From a virus: a stretch of 64,000 bases of DNA. A model generated the notes under the pieces. That model ran no database searches, had not been told where the DNA came from, and worked only from the letters and a program-made list of their open reading frames with translations. Below are positions 37,396 to 45,946 of this stretch, in pieces (the stretch's first letter is position 1; every line of letters begins with the position of its first letter). The stretch lies in IMG/VR virus record IMGVR_UViG_3300030419_007010, positions 1 through 64,000 of that record. One strand, given 5' to 3'. The position numbers were made by a program, and so were the translations under genes.

Positions 37396-37815
37396 TTAAA
37401 TTAAGTGCTTCCACTTGCCATTAGCAAGATTCAAAATACCGTCGATATTTACTCCGGGATCTTCAGCGCTTTGGCCGCCAAGTGGCCCTTTTCCTGGTGC
37501 ATCTGGGGGGAGGTCGTTTCTATCGATTCCCTCGAATACATTTACTCCAGTTACTTTTGTTGATTCGTTAAGTTTGCGAATCCTTTCCTGTCTTTCTGCT
37601 TCAGCCTTCTCTTCTAAAATTCTTAGCTTCTCTTGCTTCTCGGTATCATCTGGCTTGGTTTTGATCGTGACACCTTCTGTCACAACTCTTCTAGTCTCTA
37701 AACCAGAAACAACTTCGGTAATAATTCCAGATAAAACACCGTCTTCAAAAATGCATTCTTTAATACACTCTTTAATTAAAGGCTTAAGTACTTGTTTTAA
37801 TTCATTTTTCTTCAT
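37396..37815 (-). CDS. Hypothetical head-associated protein
   Basis: N-terminal MKKNELKQVLKPLIKECIKE helix; ITE/VTE/LNE protease-type sites; head operon. Confidence 0.6.
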   Translation of the reverse strand: MKKNELKQVLKPLIKECIKECIFEDGVLSGIITEVVSGLETRRVVTEGVTIKTKPDDTEKQEKLRILEEKAEAERQERIRKLNESTKVTGVNVFEGIDRNDLPPDAPGKGPLGGQSAEDPGVNIDGILNLANGKWKHLI

Positions 37816-37825
37816 TGTTATCCTT

Positions 37826-38914
37826 TCATGGAGCGGGGAAGGCCCCTGCTCGAATCCTGTCGCTCACAGCCGCAGCATTCTCCTCGCCGGAAGTTTTTAA
37901 AACGTTATCTTTTTTTGCTATAGCATTAAGCACATCTTGCAGCTTTAGAGGATCAAGAAGATCACGCGTGTGTAAACTATGTAGAGCGTTTCCTACAGCC
38001 TTTGCAAGATCTGCAGAACGCTGGGGGCTGTCGTCGGCGCTATATTTTTCAAATGCTTTTAATAGGAGAGCCGTTACAGCTTTGCGCTCACCTTTTGTCC
38101 AGCCGCCATGGCCGACTGGCTCGGAACCTAGCGCTCCCTTGAGGCGATCAAGAATTCCCTCTTGGTATATCTTTTCTTCGGAAAAATGTCTCGTCTGCCA
38201 ATCATCTCGAAGGTCCTCCACTTTTGTCTTCAGCCAGTCGATGAGTTCGTGATTCCCCCCAACACCAGTTTTTAAAAGATCGCCGGCCGTTTTGATCGCC
38301 GCGGCGGGACTCTCTTTCTCTAAGTCATTGATAGTTTTGGTAACCTCTTCAAATTGTTTGTTATAGGCCTGAACTCTGGCTTTAATTTTAGCGTCGTACT
38401 CGGGGTTTGGTGGATAATCTTTCCAACTCTCTAATACGGCTGATGTCTCTTCTTTAATGATTCTTGCCAATTCTTCTTTGGTGATATTCATTTTGGATTC
38501 TTGCTGGGTGGATTCGTTATAACGGGTCCAGATGGGCCTCGGGCGGTCTTGGCGACGTTGGTGGAGGTAGGGGCTCGGTCGGTCTCCGGAGAGGCGCCAT
38601 GTGTTTCTGATGCTTTCGGCGGCCTTTCGCGCCTTTTCGGCGAAGTCGCCTTTGATGCGCATGGCGTTGATGCAATCCATATGCTTTTTTAGAAGGGCTG
38701 ACTCTAGCGGACTTCCGGGTGGTAAATCCAGGAGGCCGGCGTCCTTGAACTCGTTGGCCAATTGCTCAAAGCACTTCTCCCGGGCCTGGATGGACATGGT
38801 GTTATATTTCGGGTGAGGGTGCTCCTTCTTCGCGCGTAGCCGCCACCGCGGTGGATTTGAATTATTTATCTCTTCTCTAATGATTTGTTCCAGTTGTTCT
38901 CTTGTAATTCCCAT
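37826..38914 (-). CDS. Two-leader candidate internal head protein (apparent cassette fusion)
   Basis: Leader MGITREQLEQIIREE at the N-terminus and a second leader MNITKEELARIIKEE at Met142 (ATG 38491). Confidence 0.7.
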   Translation of the reverse strand: MGITREQLEQIIREEINNSNPPRWRLRAKKEHPHPKYNTMSIQAREKCFEQLANEFKDAGLLDLPPGSPLESALLKKHMDCINAMRIKGDFAEKARKAAESIRNTWRLSGDRPSPYLHQRRQDRPRPIWTRYNESTQQESKMNITKEELARIIKEETSAVLESWKDYPPNPEYDAKIKARVQAYNKQFEEVTKTINDLEKESPAAAIKTAGDLLKTGVGGNHELIDWLKTKVEDLRDDWQTRHFSEEKIYQEGILDRLKGALGSEPVGHGGWTKGERKAVTALLLKAFEKYSADDSPQRSADLAKAVGNALHSLHTRDLLDPLKLQDVLNAIAKKDNVLKTSGEENAAAVSDRIRAGAFPAP

Positions 38915-38916
38915 TG

Positions 38917-39549
38917 TTAATCTCCCAAGATATCATCAAGAACATTGTTGATTCTTTGAGTTTTTGTAGTATTTTGCTGGTTTTCTGCCAGTCCGATAGA
39001 AACTCTACTTCTTGACCCGCCTTCCGGATTCAAGTAAGCCCCTGGCGTTGAAGGTTCCGAAACAATATCAAAGCAAATAAGCTGAAAATCATCTTCAACC
39101 ATTGTTATGCCGTTTGATTCTTTTACTGAACCTAATCCTCTCGAAGAAATTCCTAGTTTTACTCCCGATTGAAGCAAAGCTTTTAATACTTTGCCCGAGG
39201 GGGTATCCAAAACTTCAATTTTGCCCATTACATTATCGCCATCCCACCAAGTTTTCGTAACAAGATGAGAAGCGTTCTTCAAGTTGATAACAGAATCATC
39301 AGGATGATCTAGTTCTCCCAACGATCTTCTTTCTTGAACCGCTCTTTGGTAATTTTCTACTTCTCTCTGCAAAGTTTCTTTACGATAGATTCGACCATTA
39401 CCATTTTTTGTTCCGGCGCGTTGAATCACACCAACAAGATAAACCGATCCGCCATCAACACGACGTTTTTCGTCTTCGGTTAATACAGTTAGATCACAAA
39501 TGCCATCCGGACATAATTGGAAATATTCTTGTAAAAGTGTTTTTGACAT
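38917..39549 (-). CDS. Prohead core protease (T4 gp21-like); likely start ATG 39549
   Basis: KNGNGRIY, LGELDHP, ASH, LDTPSG, GISSRGLGS, DIVSEPSTPGA. Confidence 0.93.
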   Translation of the reverse strand: MSKTLLQEYFQLCPDGICDLTVLTEDEKRRVDGGSVYLVGVIQRAGTKNGNGRIYRKETLQREVENYQRAVQERRSLGELDHPDDSVINLKNASHLVTKTWWDGDNVMGKIEVLDTPSGKVLKALLQSGVKLGISSRGLGSVKESNGITMVEDDFQLICFDIVSEPSTPGAYLNPEGGSRSRVSIGLAENQQNTTKTQRINNVLDDILGD

Positions 39550-39555
39550 AATATT

Positions 39556-39575
39556 AAAAAGCAGGCGCAACCTGC
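39556..39575 (-). terminator. Short intrinsic terminator/attenuator-like hairpin immediately before the protease gene
   Basis: Minus strand GCAGG-TTGCG-CCTGC followed by TTTTT, ending 6 nt before the protease ATG. Confidence 0.55.
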
Positions 39576-39580
39576 GCGAG

Positions 39581-39631
39581 CTAGCTACCCTTGCAACAGC
39601 GTCTTACTTCTGGCCTGTTTTGGCGTCTCAT
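39581..39631 (-). CDS. Putative 16-aa micropeptide MRRQNRPEVRRCCKGS
   Basis: ATG at 39631 preceded by GAGAGGATAAAGA (SD-like), TAG at 39583-39581; overlaps the 3' end of the upstream gene in another frame. Confidence 0.5.
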   Translation of the reverse strand: MRRQNRPEVRRCCKGS

Positions 39632-39929
39632 TCTTTATCCTCTCTATTTTTATTCCACAATCTCCAAAAACCATATTCAATATATATGAAGTTCCGGAGC
39701 TTATGCATCCCAAAAGGAGCGCATTTACTAAATTATATTCAAAACTAAATAGTTCCGTTAAGTTACTAATTCCCAAAAGAAATACACCAACCCAAAAGCC
39801 CATGCACATGGGACATTCAAACAGTTCACCCATTTTTCCTTTAGTTGGCCTTATAGAATTGAAAATCTTTCCATAAACTAATATTTGAGTCATGCCGTAA
39901 GCGCAAAGAATAAAATAGATTAAATCCAA
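39585..39929 (-). CDS. Small membrane protein with CxxC motif (DUF1360-like)
   Basis: Three hydrophobic segments and ELFECPMCMGFWVG; GGAGG SD. Confidence 0.6.
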   Translation of the reverse strand: MDLIYFILCAYGMTQILVYGKIFNSIRPTKGKMGELFECPMCMGFWVGVFLLGISNLTELFSFEYNLVNALLLGCISSGTSYILNMVFGDCGIKIERIKNETPKQARSKTLLQG

Positions 39930-40514
39930 TTATTCCTCCTTGCTTTCTTCTAGACGATAAATGTTAGCAATACCAAATGGTTTGATTCCCGGACGAATTG
40001 AGCCCTTGTCCGTATGATGGTATCTTTCCGGATCGTATTCGGTAGAATCTTCTGGTCCGGGTTCGGCCAATCTTCTCTCCTCTTCTGCATCGAAAGCCTT
40101 TTCGAATTCGAAGTATGGTCTCTCTTTTTCTATGAACTTACTGATAGTAAATAAAGCGATTTGTGTAGAATTATAATCTTTGCTCTCGCAAATTTTCGCT
40201 TCCATAGAAGAATAAATATTCCCGCCTTGTATTGAGTCGTATTCGATAACGCCTTTTCTTCTTAAAAACCCGAAGAGGCGATCTTGAGCATTATATACTT
40301 CATCACCGAAAACTTGTTTAGCAAAAGCGACAATCTTATTCTTTGAAGGCATCAAAACAATATCTATATCTTTATGATCAAAAATCATAACGTTGCCATC
40401 TAAAGTTCTACGAGCGTTTAATTTAATAGTTACTGCAGAGCTTTTTGGCTTTTCCTGTTCCGGAAGAGCTTCTTGTGTTTTTTGTTGATTGCCAACTTTT
40501 ACTGTTATTGCCAT
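39930..40514 (-). CDS. Hypothetical protein, head morphogenesis operon
   Basis: Translationally coupled ORF between portal and protease genes. Confidence 0.6.
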   Translation of the reverse strand: MAITVKVGNQQKTQEALPEQEKPKSSAVTIKLNARRTLDGNVMIFDHKDIDIVLMPSKNKIVAFAKQVFGDEVYNAQDRLFGFLRRKGVIEYDSIQGGNIYSSMEAKICESKDYNSTQIALFTISKFIEKERPYFEFEKAFDAEEERRLAEPGPEDSTEYDPERYHHTDKGSIRPGIKPFGIANIYRLEESKEE

Positions 40515-41335
40515 TAGCTTTGTATCTCTTTTACTAAACTTTGAATTTTCATAATCTTTTGAATCATACTCGAAGTTATTTCTGTGTTTCTAAACTCTTC
40601 TATTGTATTAATAACTTTCTGTGTTTTTTCAAAAATCAAAGGATTGCTTTTAACCGCCTCGGAGTGAAGCGATTCTGTCATTTGGGTTTTTAATCTTCCA
40701 ACTTCTTCATTTAAGAAGACTTTGAACTCAACACCATTGTCTGAAAAAGAAGTAATATACTTATTCAGCAATTCTTTTTGTTCTTCTTGCAGGTTCTTGG
40801 AATAAATTGAATTAAAGTTTTTTGTAAATGTATTAAAAACCAACTTGTCGGTTGTCACAATTTTTTCTTTTAGCATTTCCTGTGGCTCGCTCAACTGGCC
40901 AATCACTTTTTCTTCTAAAAGAACTCGTTTTTTAGGTCCATCTTCTTCATTGAAAAGTTGATAGATCGTGGCGATATTTTTATATTGCGGAACAAAGTTA
41001 GAAAATATATTTCTTGAGAGAGATTTGTTTATTTGATTAATAAGTTTGCTTTGAGCTTCAAAAACCTCTTCTCTATCTAAACTTTTATATTCTCTTCTAG
41101 CTTCGTATACTAGCTTTTCTGCTATTCTGCTTGACAAGTTTCTACTTTCTAATAAAGATTTATAAATATCTAATTCTTTTTTGAGAATGCTGTCTTTTTT
41201 AAAGTTTTCTTTTATTAGTGAAATAATCTTGTTTTTTGTTTGTGAATTATTCTTGACAATTGATTTTGTTAGTTCTTTTACAAGTGCTTCAAATAAAAAC
41301 GCTGTATTTCTTTTCTTATTATGTCTAAACTTCAT
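40514..41335 (-). CDS. Putative prohead core protein
   Basis: Helical protein overlapping the portal gene end; many L-x-E sites (LLES, LLEE, LSE, LQE, LNEE). Confidence 0.55.
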   Translation of the reverse strand: MKFRHNKKRNTAFLFEALVKELTKSIVKNNSQTKNKIISLIKENFKKDSILKKELDIYKSLLESRNLSSRIAEKLVYEARREYKSLDREEVFEAQSKLINQINKSLSRNIFSNFVPQYKNIATIYQLFNEEDGPKKRVLLEEKVIGQLSEPQEMLKEKIVTTDKLVFNTFTKNFNSIYSKNLQEEQKELLNKYITSFSDNGVEFKVFLNEEVGRLKTQMTESLHSEAVKSNPLIFEKTQKVINTIEEFRNTEITSSMIQKIMKIQSLVKEIQS

Positions 41336-43316
41336 TCTTTTTCGTCTCCAACAATTCCATTTCGTTGATTAACTGCTTTATATCATGATCAACTTTTAAT
41401 AAATTATCTTCATCTCTTTTATAATTAGACTCTAAATTCTCTGAAATACCTTTTGCTAGTCTTCGCATGTCGTCAGCGCCTTTCCAGATATTTCTTGTGG
41501 TATTTTTTGTTAATTCATCTGCCCACACACCCTTATAATGTCTTTGCCTTGCGGAGCCGGCATAATTGGGATTTTTTTCGGGCATATACCACTTTTTAGA
41601 TTTCGGAGTAGTTGTTTGTACGCTCGTGCCTTTCTTTCTAACTAGCTTTATAGGCATCTCCTTTCCATCATCTCTTTTTGCCGGGGCAGCGAGCAGGGCA
41701 CCGGGATCGGCCGGCTCTTCAGCGCCAGCTTCGGGCACTGCCAATTCCTCATCACCAGCCGCGATGGCTTCTTCTTCGGGCGGCAGGCCTCCACCAAGAT
41801 CGTCCATCGGTTCATCGAGACCCTCCAGATCACCAAGTCCTCCGGCTCCAGGTTCGGCGCCTGCTGTGACTTCTTCAACTGTTCTTTCTAGAGCAGCCTC
41901 AAACTTTCTGTCATAGAACATCTCTCTCTGACATCTAGTAAACTCTTCTTCGGACATGCTGAATAGGTGATCTGAAATCCATCGCTTGCTGAAATATCCT
42001 TCGGTGGCTGCGCTAGCAACATCAAATTTAGTTCTCCAGTGTTCTAGTTCCTGCATCTCTGCTAGTTTAGATGGATTGTTCAAAGCAATCTTGAACGAAA
42101 CCAAGTCGGCGCCTCTGTAGCCAAGAGTAAACAAATGGACAATGCCAATTTTCTCTAGTTCTGAAATTATAACTCTTTGAAGCCTCTGAATGGTTCTCGC
42201 AAATCGAATATCTTTTTGAGCTAGCGTTGTTTTATCTTCTTCTGCGCCGCCTTCCGTCTGCGCCAAATAAGATGCCGGTATCTTTAGTGCCGAGAATAGC
42301 TTATCTCGCAAATATTTGATATCATCAATATCACCAGTATACGTGCCGCCCGGTAGAGACTCAACTTTAGAAGAAGTATCCCCGCGAACTGGAATAAAGT
42401 AATCTTCTTCAACGCTCATCGGGTTATAACGCAAATCGACGCGTCCGGTATCTTGATCGATGACCTGATTTCTCTTCATTTGCGTCATGACCTTCTGCAT
42501 ATACTGTTCAACATCGGCAGGAGGAATATTGCCTACATCAATATAGAAAACTCTTCTCTCTGGCGAGCGGACAATACGATAGGCCATTACGGCGTCTTCC
42601 ATAAGAGTTAGCTGGCGCCAAATTCTTCTAGCCGGCTCCAAAATAGAGGTTCCATAAGGAGAATACTTATCGTTGCCTAAAATTCTAAAGTGTGCAATCT
42701 GCCAGTTCTCAAATGTAATGCCACCGGTGTTCCATTGATACTGAATATAGTTTGGATTAGTCTTGTCTTCACCCTCAAGTCTTTCTATTTCTTGCGGAGG
42801 CAGGCCAACTGCATATTGGATGCCTTCTTGTTCGTCAATATCTAAATAAAGAAAGAAGTCGCCGTATTTGCACATTGTGCGAGCCCAGCCGAATAAATTA
42901 AATTCAATATTTAATACATTCTTATATAAGTTATCCAAAACTGTTTTTATTTCTTCGTTATGACAACTAATTTTCATCAACGGCTGCAAATCGCTAGATG
43001 TAGTCATCTCGTCTGCATAAATATCAAGCGCTGAAGCGATTTCTGGCGTATATTCCATCTGATCAAAGTCAACATACCGATCGGCACGGTTTTGATTCGC
43101 CATATAATTGGCTTGAATTGAATCATAAGGATTATACTCTGACTTTTTAAACTGTTGACCGGAAGATGAGCGAATATTATACTTTGATATTTCTCTACGA
43201 TGAGGTTGTCGAGGAAGCTGCCTACGATAGTTTACAATCGGGCCTGACAAAAGTCGCGTGAGTTTTCGGAATAATATATTTTTTGAATTTCTAGGGTTAT
43301 TTTTATTTTCAGCCAT
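41325..43316 (-). CDS. Portal protein (T4 gp20-like)
   Basis: PEIASALDIYADE, LMEDAVMAYRIVRSPERRVFYIDVGN, EEDYFIPVR, LPGG, DDIKYLRDKLFSALKIP, DIRFAR. Confidence 0.95.
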   Translation of the reverse strand: MAENKNNPRNSKNILFRKLTRLLSGPIVNYRRQLPRQPHRREISKYNIRSSSGQQFKKSEYNPYDSIQANYMANQNRADRYVDFDQMEYTPEIASALDIYADEMTTSSDLQPLMKISCHNEEIKTVLDNLYKNVLNIEFNLFGWARTMCKYGDFFLYLDIDEQEGIQYAVGLPPQEIERLEGEDKTNPNYIQYQWNTGGITFENWQIAHFRILGNDKYSPYGTSILEPARRIWRQLTLMEDAVMAYRIVRSPERRVFYIDVGNIPPADVEQYMQKVMTQMKRNQVIDQDTGRVDLRYNPMSVEEDYFIPVRGDTSSKVESLPGGTYTGDIDDIKYLRDKLFSALKIPASYLAQTEGGAEEDKTTLAQKDIRFARTIQRLQRVIISELEKIGIVHLFTLGYRGADLVSFKIALNNPSKLAEMQELEHWRTKFDVASAATEGYFSKRWISDHLFSMSEEEFTRCQREMFYDRKFEAALERTVEEVTAGAEPGAGGLGDLEGLDEPMDDLGGGLPPEEEAIAAGDEELAVPEAGAEEPADPGALLAAPAKRDDGKEMPIKLVRKKGTSVQTTTPKSKKWYMPEKNPNYAGSARQRHYKGVWADELTKNTTRNIWKGADDMRRLAKGISENLESNYKRDEDNLLKVDHDIKQLINEMELLETKKNEV

Positions 43317-43318
43317 TT

Positions 43319-44896
43319 TTAACCTTTAAGCAGCCACGAATATTCTTGATATTTCTTTTTCTCGTCTGTTTCTTTTATAGGACGAAAGCCCTGTTGGCCC
43401 GGAATATTTGTATTGATTTCGGAAGATGTTTTCTTTATAGCTCCCAAGAAAGCTTTCTTATATTCTAGATCTCTTTGGTTCATTGTAAATGCTGTATCCT
43501 TGATCCAGCATCCGATTGCACAAGATATAATTAAATCATCATTATATTTTTTCATTGCTTGTGGTTTACCATGATTCCAAACAAAAGTTTTCATTTCATT
43601 AAATAGTCTTCTAGAATATACTGTAATTAGTTTATTTCTAATGAATTCTTCCATTTTCGCCACAACTAGAGGGCGCGTCTTTAAAGACATCGTAAAACCA
43701 GGAACTGTATTAGATTTATATTCTGCCGTAATTGGGTCTACATAATCGTGAGAAGACTTGTAAGAATAGTAAATGTTAGGATAATTCATTTCCTGAAGTT
43801 TTTCCAGTACTGCCCATCCAATAGAGTTATTTTCAATAGCAACCATGCAGTTGCCGTACTCTTTTCCAACCTCATTTAAAAGGTTTGAGAATATATCGGG
43901 TGTAGGCTTGCCTCGGTACTCTGCTACAATCTCCATTGTCTCTATTTTTAAGATATGAAAGACAGAGAAGTCGGCGCCATCTCCGCGAGCGACGTCTGCA
44001 GAAATTAAATATGTAGAGCCTTGTTGGAACTCTTCCCAAATCCAGAAGTTTCTATCGAAGCCAGTTTTATACTTTGGCTCTTTTATAGATTTTTCTATTC
44101 TTTCCATATCTTCTGGGTGGAATACCGTCTCACCAGACATGTTGAAGTTGCATTCAAGCTCTTGAGCAATTTGGCGGCGAGACATGTTCATTGTTTCTTT
44201 TTCGAACCACTCCTGATCTCGTTCAGGATGCACATCCCACGGCAAAATAGTCGAATGAAAATCGTTTTTGTCCTCTTCAGAATCAATATAAGTCTGATGG
44301 AACCAGTTTCCAACACCATTCGGAGTCGATAGAGCAATGCAGCGGCCACCAGTTGATAGCGTCGGGTACAGGCCTGTCCAAAGCTCTTCCAAGCCCTCTA
44401 CGTGTGCGGCCTCATCGATTACAAGTAGTGAAAGAGCCTCTGAACGACCTGCGTCGCCTGAAGTAGACGACGCTTTAATCTGCGAGCCGTTCGATAATTC
44501 GAAAGAAGTTCTGTTGTCTACTGAAATTGTTGCTATTTTCAACCAACTGGGCAAGTTTTTAATAATTGATTTTACTTTTTTAACAAGATTTGCTGCAGTA
44601 TTAAACTTTGTAGCAATCACAAGAATGTTTTTGTCTCGATGAAACATCATCATCCAAACAATATAAGCTGCTGAAATAGTTGATATTCCTAACTGGCGTG
44701 CTTTTAGGATAACATTAAATCGATAGTCGTTAAAATCATTTATTAAATCTTCCTGGTAATCAAACATCTTAAAAGGGATAAGACCTTTCAGTGGATGGGA
44801 GATTTTTGCGTAAGTATTAATAAAATAGCCAGCGTTCTTGCCGCATTTAACTATCTCTTTGAGTGCCTCATCTCTTGAGATTTCGTATGACATCAC
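43319..44896 (-). CDS. terL: Terminase large subunit (T4 gp17-like)
   Basis: LKARQLGIST (deviant Walker A), LLVIDEAAH (Walker B), LSTPNG, QELECNF, nuclease ADVARGDG.D, IENN, NDDL. Confidence 0.95.
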   Translation of the reverse strand: MMSYEISRDEALKEIVKCGKNAGYFINTYAKISHPLKGLIPFKMFDYQEDLINDFNDYRFNVILKARQLGISTISAAYIVWMMMFHRDKNILVIATKFNTAANLVKKVKSIIKNLPSWLKIATISVDNRTSFELSNGSQIKASSTSGDAGRSEALSLLVIDEAAHVEGLEELWTGLYPTLSTGGRCIALSTPNGVGNWFHQTYIDSEEDKNDFHSTILPWDVHPERDQEWFEKETMNMSRRQIAQELECNFNMSGETVFHPEDMERIEKSIKEPKYKTGFDRNFWIWEEFQQGSTYLISADVARGDGADFSVFHILKIETMEIVAEYRGKPTPDIFSNLLNEVGKEYGNCMVAIENNSIGWAVLEKLQEMNYPNIYYSYKSSHDYVDPITAEYKSNTVPGFTMSLKTRPLVVAKMEEFIRNKLITVYSRRLFNEMKTFVWNHGKPQAMKKYNDDLIISCAIGCWIKDTAFTMNQRDLEYKKAFLGAIKKTSSEINTNIPGQQGFRPIKETDEKKKYQEYSWLLKG

Positions 44897-44898
44897 AA

Positions 44899-45441
44899 TT
44901 ACTTCTGTGGTGCTCTCTGATTTTTATTCTCGGCCTTCTTGCCTAATCCGCCCAAACCCAAGAACTCTCTAAAGCTCGAATCTAGACGATCCTCTGTTGG
45001 TTCTAGACGATCAACTACATCATCTAATCCGCCGATCTTGTAGACCTTCGTAGCTTGGCACCAAACTCTAACTTTCGAAGTCTTTTGAATTAGAATATCT
45101 GCTTCTGCTGCTTCTTTTAGAGATAAAGTATTGCCAGTAATTTTTTTGTATTCTTTCTTAAGATATTTAACAATATCACTAAAGGCGCTTTCAATTACAT
45201 CTTCATAATTTGTCGAATATACATCGCGTAATTTAATGTCAGATTGATAAAGAACAACCAGTCTAGAGCCGTCGATTCTGACCTTGAATCCATCAACCAC
45301 TCTAGAATCCGTAATTGGATTTCCCTCTTCTCTTCTTAAACCTACTTTAAGAGGCTCGCCTTTTTCGTCAAGGGCTCCATCATATGCATTTGCTGCAGCT
45401 TGGGCAATGCCTCTAACGACATCTAGTGCTTTCTGTGACAT
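44899..45441 (-). CDS. Hypothetical protein upstream of terminase
   Basis: 180-aa ORF, AGGAG SD, coupled to its neighbours. Confidence 0.6.
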   Translation of the reverse strand: MSQKALDVVRGIAQAAANAYDGALDEKGEPLKVGLRREEGNPITDSRVVDGFKVRIDGSRLVVLYQSDIKLRDVYSTNYEDVIESAFSDIVKYLKKEYKKITGNTLSLKEAAEADILIQKTSKVRVWCQATKVYKIGGLDDVVDRLEPTEDRLDSSFREFLGLGGLGKKAENKNQRAPQK

Positions 45442-45827
45442 TATTTATCTCCTTTATTTGGGCGCCAGCCTTTTTGCCAGCGTTCCTCTCGTCCTTCTAC
45501 ATATTGGACAAAACATTTAAAACAACAATCAAATTTTGACATGTATACATCATCTTTTATATCAAACGAATAAGTTTCGCAAACTAAACAAGTTCTTTCT
45601 AGCTCTTTATTAAGTAGTTTTTTGGGAACTAAAAAACCATTAGTTTCGACCTTTTCTAGTTGTTCTTCTACTTTGCGCTCTTTCTCTGCTAATTCTTTTA
45701 GCTGCTCAAGATACTCTTTTTCTTTATTCTCGTCCCAATCTGATTTAGGATTACGAGTAGTCAGTTGGCCATATTTGCTTGAAATAGCCTTTTCGAGCTT
45801 TGCGATATAATTCCAGTCTTTTTCCAT
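45441..45827 (-). CDS. Hypothetical Cys-rich (probable Zn-binding) protein
   Basis: CLVC...CCFKC motif and C-terminal RWQKGWRP. Confidence 0.6.
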   Translation of the reverse strand: MEKDWNYIAKLEKAISSKYGQLTTRNPKSDWDENKEKEYLEQLKELAEKERKVEEQLEKVETNGFLVPKKLLNKELERTCLVCETYSFDIKDDVYMSKFDCCFKCFVQYVEGREERWQKGWRPNKGDK

Positions 45828-45865
45828 AACCTATAGTATATAATGCTTTTTATATAGTTTTAACC

Positions 45866-45907
45866 AAAAAAGCATGGCCCGCTCGGAGAAAACTCCGAGC
45901 GGGCGCT
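45866..45907 (-). terminator. Strong intrinsic terminator after the fibre gene
   Basis: 12-bp perfect stem GCCCGCTCGGAG-TTTT-CTCCGAGCGGGC, then CATGCTTTTTT. Confidence 0.8.
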
Positions 45908-45946
45908 GTCTAAAAAATAGACGTTGTTAACAAAAGTTAACGAGAC

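Noticed and set aside
44690-44720. Deviant terminase Walker A (KARQLGIST)
   Set aside because: Deviant Walker A motifs with an upstream Lys are an established terminase variant, so this is not evidence of inactivation or novelty.
44840-44896. Terminase N-terminus MSYEISRDEALKEIVKC resembling the cargo leader
   Set aside because: Register and residues differ, and it matches the usual E..KC start of gp17-like terminases.
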